From: Paraspadella gotoi
Lineage: Eukaryota > Animalia > Chaetognatha
Direction of reading: 5' to 3'
DNA: 64,000 nucleotides
Assembly (NCBI GenBank): GCA_051294375.1
Contig: CM119263.1
Span: 17,570,628-17,634,627, forward strand
Positions 58,801 through 64,000 of this stretch are shown piece after piece. The stretch's first letter is position 1; each line of letters starts with the position of its first letter. The notes below the pieces were generated by a model, which was not told where the DNA came from, made no database searches, and saw nothing but the letters and a program-made list of their open reading frames with translations. The translations under genes were made by a program, and so were the position numbers.

Positions 58801-61800
58801 TGGAATGAAATTTTGTGTGTGATTAGGAAAGTGTGTGTTGAAGCAGGATATAAAGTTTCGATGGAATCGAGCGAGTGGAAATGAGTTTAAATGGAAAAAA
58901 CAAAAGTCACATTTACTTGAGGTTTTTTACTTATATTTAATCATAATTATTTTTAGGAATAACAGTTTTTGTGTTTTAACGAATTTTAATCATAGTTTAT
59001 AGGACAAAGAACGCTGATGAAGACTCTAAAAACATGAGTCGAAACATGTCCTATAAACTATGATTAAAATTCGTTAAAACACAAAAACTGTTATTCCTAA
59101 AAATCTCTAAATTAACGAAAAGAAAGAAAATCATTACAATCATAATTATTATATTTATTAAAAATTGTGTGAGAGTAGGAATATATGTAATTAAGCTGCA
59201 TATAAAGTAGCAAAGAGTTTAAATTAGAAAACCAAAAGACACATTTATTTGAATCTTTAAAAGTTTCTCTCTCTCTATCTCTCTCTAATTGATAGATTGA
59301 TTGACTGTTAATTTGGTTAAATGATTGATTGATAATTTTTTAATTGATTTATTAAGAAATCTGTCATGATTTAAATGGTTATGATCTAGTTATGATTAGT
59401 TATATTTCTCTCTCCCTCTATTTATTCATGAATTTTCTTGTCACATTCTAGCATTTAAAATTGGTAAAAGAAAAAAAAATATTTCCTATTTTTTATATCA
59501 TATTATGGATTAACAAATTCTATTCCTATCCAGTTGCACTCCGAGTGGCACATGTAAGCCATGTTATTATTACAATTACGTTTTGAAACCCGTTAAACCG
59601 CCCATCCAAGTGGTAAGTAAAAGTCTTCTTGACAAGAGTCGTAGTCACCCGATTTTGTAAAAATTTATTCACTAGCCAGCAGTTCCCTAACTTCAAGTTT
59701 TCTTTATTAATGATTAAAAATTCAGTTTAAAAATTGGGCTATTCCTAGTATGTATCGAAACAATCGCTTCTTCTTTTCTCTGAAAAAGATAACCTATCAT
59801 CTTTTACATCTATATATATATATATACACCTTTACATCCGCAGAAATGTCCCAGGCCATGCTGGATACAAGTACCGAAGCAAGAAAAATGTGGCATAAAA
59901 TACACCTGCAAATGCGTTGGAAGGAACCCCAAAGAATGTCTCTTTCCCAAAATAGTCCACCAAGGAGGAAAGTGCTTCTATCCCGTCCGAGTTATAGATC
60001 CCACAAGTTTCATGTGTACAAGAAAACCGCGTAGAGGCTGCCGCCCGTGCAGAAAAGTAGTGTGGAGAAAAAAGAAATGTCCGTATTACAAAGACGTGGT
60101 AAATATACATACATATTTTAAAATTCGATCAAGAAAAATGCGTTGTAAATACATTGTAAATAAATACTTAGTAAATCGTAGTAAATAGTTTAAAAACTAT
60201 GCTATACAATGCGCGCGCATAAAAACGACTAAATGTTTTTAAAACATACAAGACGCCTTGAAGTTGCTTAAAAATTTATTTTGTTTCATTGTATATGAAA
60301 GTAAAAAGACTCATTTTATTATTATATCTCAAATCGTTCAGACAGGGCAGGACGGTATGGTGGACTAAAATCCACCAACCGTTCATCAGCGGCCATTGGT
60401 GCCGGAGGCAAGTCATTCGCCTCCCAACCCAAAGGTCCGGGGTTTCTAGCCCGCTGGTCGCTTAGCAGTTAAGAGGGACGGGGTGCTTAACCCACCTATA
60501 ACATAATGTTACAGCCTGATCCGAAGATCAGGGACTGCTTATATTGAACGGTACTGTCACTAATACATAACAATTATTACTGTCTCTTAAACGGTAAGTT
60601 TTGTCAAGATTTGAACAGAAGTTTACTATTTTAAACTCCGCCGCAATCTAGGTTCTAATTTTTAACATTTATAATTGAAAATGAAGATAAAGTCTTGTTA
60701 CAGCAACGATTTTATTTTAATGTACAGACAAGTTTCGGCTTTCATTCAAGCCTTCATCAGTGCTTTGACAATTCACAGTTTTCATGTTTTCCAAATTAAC
60801 TTTGGAAGAGAGAGAGAGAGAGGAGAGAGGAAATAGAGAGAGAGAAATGCCAACAAAGATATGAGACAGGACAGTGGTGAAATGTGAGGACAGGTTTAAG
60901 TTAGAGAGAGAGAGAGAGAGAATGTGAGGGAAAAGAAATTAAATTTGTGAATGAGGAGAGAGAGACAGAGAAGCAGAGGTTAACATTTGTAAGAAGAGTT
61001 ACATTAGAAAATGTACAACAATGATAAATTTAATAAATAGACAGACTTAAACAAACTAAAATATTTAAATTAATTCAGATAAATTAATTAATAAAGGAGT
61101 GAAGTTTAGATGAAATTGAAATAAAGATGTTGAGGGATAGGTAAGTGAAAGAGTAAGAGAAAAATAAGAAAAAGAAAAAGCTCAAAATGAGCTGGCCCCC
61201 CCCGGTCAACAATGGGGGATGCTGACGATGTGGTCGGGTCATTGGTTTGTCATAGGCTGAGAGGCTATTGTGGTGGAGTGCGACATGGACGGTCCGGTAG
61301 AGACCCAGGCGGAAAGAGGCCAAGTGCAACTCGAATAAACCTGTCCTCACATTTCACCACTGTCCTGTCTCATATCTTTGTTGGCCATTTCTTCTCTCTC
61401 TATTTCTCTCTCTCTCTCTCTCTTCCAAAGTTAATTTGGAAAACATGAAAACTGTGAATTGTCAAAGCACTGATGAAGGCTTGAATGAAAGCCGAAACTT
61501 GTCTGTACATTAAAATAAAATCGTTGCTGTAACAAGACTTTATCTTCATTTTCAATTACCTAAAACACAACGAAAGAAAGTTTAATCACAATGTTATAAT
61601 AACATTTAATTAAAACCTATAAATAATATTTAGAATTGATGATGATCCCAATTAATAATTTGAGACTAATATTCTTCATAATTGTTTTAAGTTAACCTAT
61701 ATAATTTGACAATTTCAGTTTAAATGCTCGTTTCAGAAATGCAAGAAAATGTGCGAGAAACGGGAACGAATACACATAGGCTGCAATTGCCATAAATTCA

Positions 61801-63879
61801 TCTGCCTTCCAATTTATCACCCTAACTGCGTTCCGGAGAAACCGAGTAAAAACATATGTTACACAAAACCAAAACGAATCTACATTAAAAATCAATATTC
61901 GTTCGATCAAATTTCTAAAACATGCAAGAACTGCTATTACTTTGTTAGAAAACATAAGGTAAGCAACTAATATAATCATTGTAATAAGTTTCTCGTTCAA
62001 CCTACATCCAGCATCCGACAGCTATAACTAGTATAAGTATATAAAAAAATCGAACTAGTAGTAAATCCGAAGTGAAGGTTATGCTAAATAGTCAATTACA
62101 TTTTATTTAAATTAGATGTTAAAAAAAAAATTCATACGCGTATGCGCAATGCGCAAACATATTTGATGTTCCAATATCTTAATCCTTAATTTTTTTTATT
62201 ATTACTATTGTGATTATTAAAAATTGGAAGAAATTTGATGACGTGGACACATGCAAATTCAACGACCTGCCAAAGGAATGCTATTCTAAGTGGTCCAAGA
62301 AAGGAAAATGCAACCAGATCATCATAAAATGTCGTAAAAATGCCGAAATTTGTACAGAACGATACAAAGAGTGCCCCAAAGGAATGCAGGTTAAAGAAAT
62401 TATTTTTTTATTTTTATTTATTTATATTTATTTTATTTTATAGAGAAAGAAAATGTTTGAACAGCTCAATATTTAGCGATAAAAGTTAAAATCATATGAA
62501 AACAAGAGTAAAAAAATGGGCATAATTCAAAGTTGTGGATTAAAAAACGAAAAATATAACAAGAAAAAATTACCAAAATTACTAGATGAAAAAAAAGATT
62601 TTGACTTCAACAATAGTTCAAAGTTCAACTCTTTTCGGTACATTCCATAATCGAAACCATAGCCGTTAAAATAATCAATCATGAGAATGAGGGTACTAAA
62701 AAAAATTGTACTAAAAAAAATGTTTTCTTTATTTAGTAATATTATATTATATTACTATATAAAGAAAACATTTTTTTTTTGAAATCTTATAAATTTGTTT
62801 GATGGAGTATTAAAAAGTTAAATATAATTACAGTTTTTAACAATTTTTACGTTTTTTAAGTGATAATGATATGATAATTATTTTTGACTCACTTATCATA
62901 AAAATATTTTAAAAAGTATTATACTTTGTTAAACAACTTTTTATGAGCTATCTGAATCTTGTTTTAAAATTAGAAATTTCTCAAAATTCTCAAATTCACA
63001 AAATTTTTTTGGCCTTTCCTATCTATAAATAAATATTAAAAAATTACTTACACTATACAGCCAAGTAAGAATTTTTTTGTCCATTGAGTGCAGCTAATAG
63101 ACAGGTATGGTATGGTCTGTTCAGATTTGTCATTTGTCATTTAATTAATCAGGTCGTTACTCTCAACACGAAATGTGGAAACCCTCGGGACGCCTGCATG
63201 AATTGTGATCAAGAGTTTAAGTCTAAAGAGATAAACAAAAACCTCCCGGATCACTGCTTCGAAGATAGAACAATCAATTTCTTGGGAAATTGCAAATATA
63301 ATATGTATGAATCTTTTATATCTGAAAAAAAAGAAATATAGAAAGAAAAGAATAAAATAAAGAAAGAAAAGAATAAAATGACAAAAAATAATAAAATAAT
63401 AATTTTTATATTGGTTGTACCAATTTCATAAAGAAAAGAAAAGAATAAAATAAAAAAGTAAAGAATAAAATAAAGAAAAGAAAAGAATAAAATAATAAAA
63501 AAAAGAATAAAACAAAGAAAAGAATTAAACAAAGAAAATAAAAGAATAAAATAAAGAAAAGAATAAAATAAAGAAAAGAATAAAATAAAGAAAATAAAAT
63601 AATAAAATAAAGAAAAGAATAAAATAAAGAAAAGAAAAAAAAGAAAGGAAAATATAAAAAGAAACCAAACCTTAAAAGATGATAATCTATAAATTATTAA
63701 CAACAAAACTAGACTTAAATGATTCTGTTTATAACTAAGATATTTTATTTGGCTACGATCTAGACCACTGAAAAAGGCCTGCCCGACAGACAACCTCGCT
63801 TTGACCAAATGCCAGCAAGAAGGCCAAAAACGAGAGCTCTTTTTCGACGACTGTAATTGTCCAATGCTCAAATGTACAG
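55817..63879 (+). CDS. Secreted cysteine-rich repeat protein, tandem paralog 2 (3' end beyond window)
   Basis: Signal peptide MKIATFLAAFASLFWLDRA. Exons 55817-55880, 55993-56064, 56178-56412, 56500-56690, 57103-57249, 57339-57452, 57592-57752, 59534-59612, 59844-60098, 61737-61958, 62231-62389, about 63153-63304, 63763-63879. Cys spacing is collinear with paralog 1 (e.g. CGNPRDACMNCDQEFKSKE vs CGNGRDACVDCVREFSSKE; LFFDDCNCPMLKC vs LFFDECNCPHLKC). No frameshift seen. Confidence 0.85.
56839..57070 (+). mobile_element. tRNA-Gly-derived SINE-like repeat, copy 2
   Basis: About 230 bp, aligns end to end with 60356-60588. tRNA-like head with a CCC anticodon loop plus a hairpin-rich body. Confidence 0.8.
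58266..58469 (-). repeat. Interspersed repeat family A, copy 4
   Basis: Reverse complement of family A. Short end fragments also at about 58094-58144 and 63400-63432. Confidence 0.85.
58952..59137 (+). mobile_element. Mini Penelope-like foldback with hammerhead ribozyme core
   Basis: Perfect inverted arms of about 55 bp flank CTGATGA-agactc..gagtc-GAAAC-AT-GTC (59014-59050). About 35-nt tail. 13-bp TSD aatcataattatt (58939-58951, 59138-59150). Confidence 0.8.
60356..60588 (+). mobile_element. tRNA-Gly-derived SINE-like repeat, copy 3
   Basis: Aligns with 56839-57070. Confidence 0.8.
60672..61599 (+). mobile_element. Truncated Penelope-like element with inverted pseudo-LTRs, each carrying a hammerhead ribozyme
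   Basis: Arms 60672-60898 and 61336-61558 are reverse complements. About 40-nt tail. 9-bp direct repeat taacattta (60663-60671, 61600-61608). Confidence 0.8.
61467..61506 (+). ncRNA. Minimal type I hammerhead ribozyme (mirror copy on - strand at 60724-60763)
   Basis: gca-CUGAUGA-aggcuu(gaauga)aagcc-GAAAC-uu-GUC-ugu: intact core, 5-bp stem II, minimal stem III, short stem I. Confidence 0.75.
63335..63660. repeat. A-rich low-complexity tract (aaagaaaagaataaaat)n
   Basis: Degenerate tandem units. Source of the spurious F/I/L-rich ORF 63251-63871. Confidence 0.9.
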
Positions 63880-64000
63880 GTGAGTGATATTAGGTCGATC
63901 ATTAACATCCCAAACATTGTTTAGTAAACAACACTCCGAGCTATTGTTGAGTAAAAATACTGTACTTCAAAAAAATAATGACCGTTGCGTTAGGTATAAG

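Noticed and set aside
63251-63871. 206-aa hydrophobic membrane-protein-like ORF
   Set aside because: Antisense reading of an A-rich low-complexity intron tract.

Overview
This is AT-rich, intron-rich eukaryotic DNA from an invertebrate bilaterian, probably a protostome, with many (AG)n/(CT)n microsatellites and five N-gaps. It holds five genes, all with exons mapped by hand from splice sites and translation. (1) The C1-C2B-MUN-C2C part of an unc-13/Munc13 gene (+, 2725-22282). It has a 9-nt VLK microexon, a pair of 107-nt mutually exclusive exons, a GC-AG intron, a candidate alternative last exon that removes C2C, and a 114-codon in-frame extension past the stop ending in SRL. Bases 1-2487 are a frameshifted duplicate of 5135-7626, probably an assembly or haplotype artefact. 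(2) An approximately 1060-aa disordered orphan protein ending in WFQRFCCM (-, 28277-37987). (3) An N-terminally acylated (MGCG) globin with non-canonical intron positions (+, 40215-43612). (4, 5) Two tandem paralogous secreted cysteine-rich proteins. The first ends in a VWA domain (+, 46175-53740); the second (+, from 55817) runs off the window. Mobile DNA includes Penelope-like foldbacks carrying hammerhead ribozyme cores, Tc1/mariner- and hAT-like MITEs (one seen as both empty and filled alleles), a deleted gypsy LTR element nested in a MITE, tRNA-Gly-derived SINE-like repeats and HINE/DINE-like ends. No database searches were possible, so family assignments rest on motif recognition.
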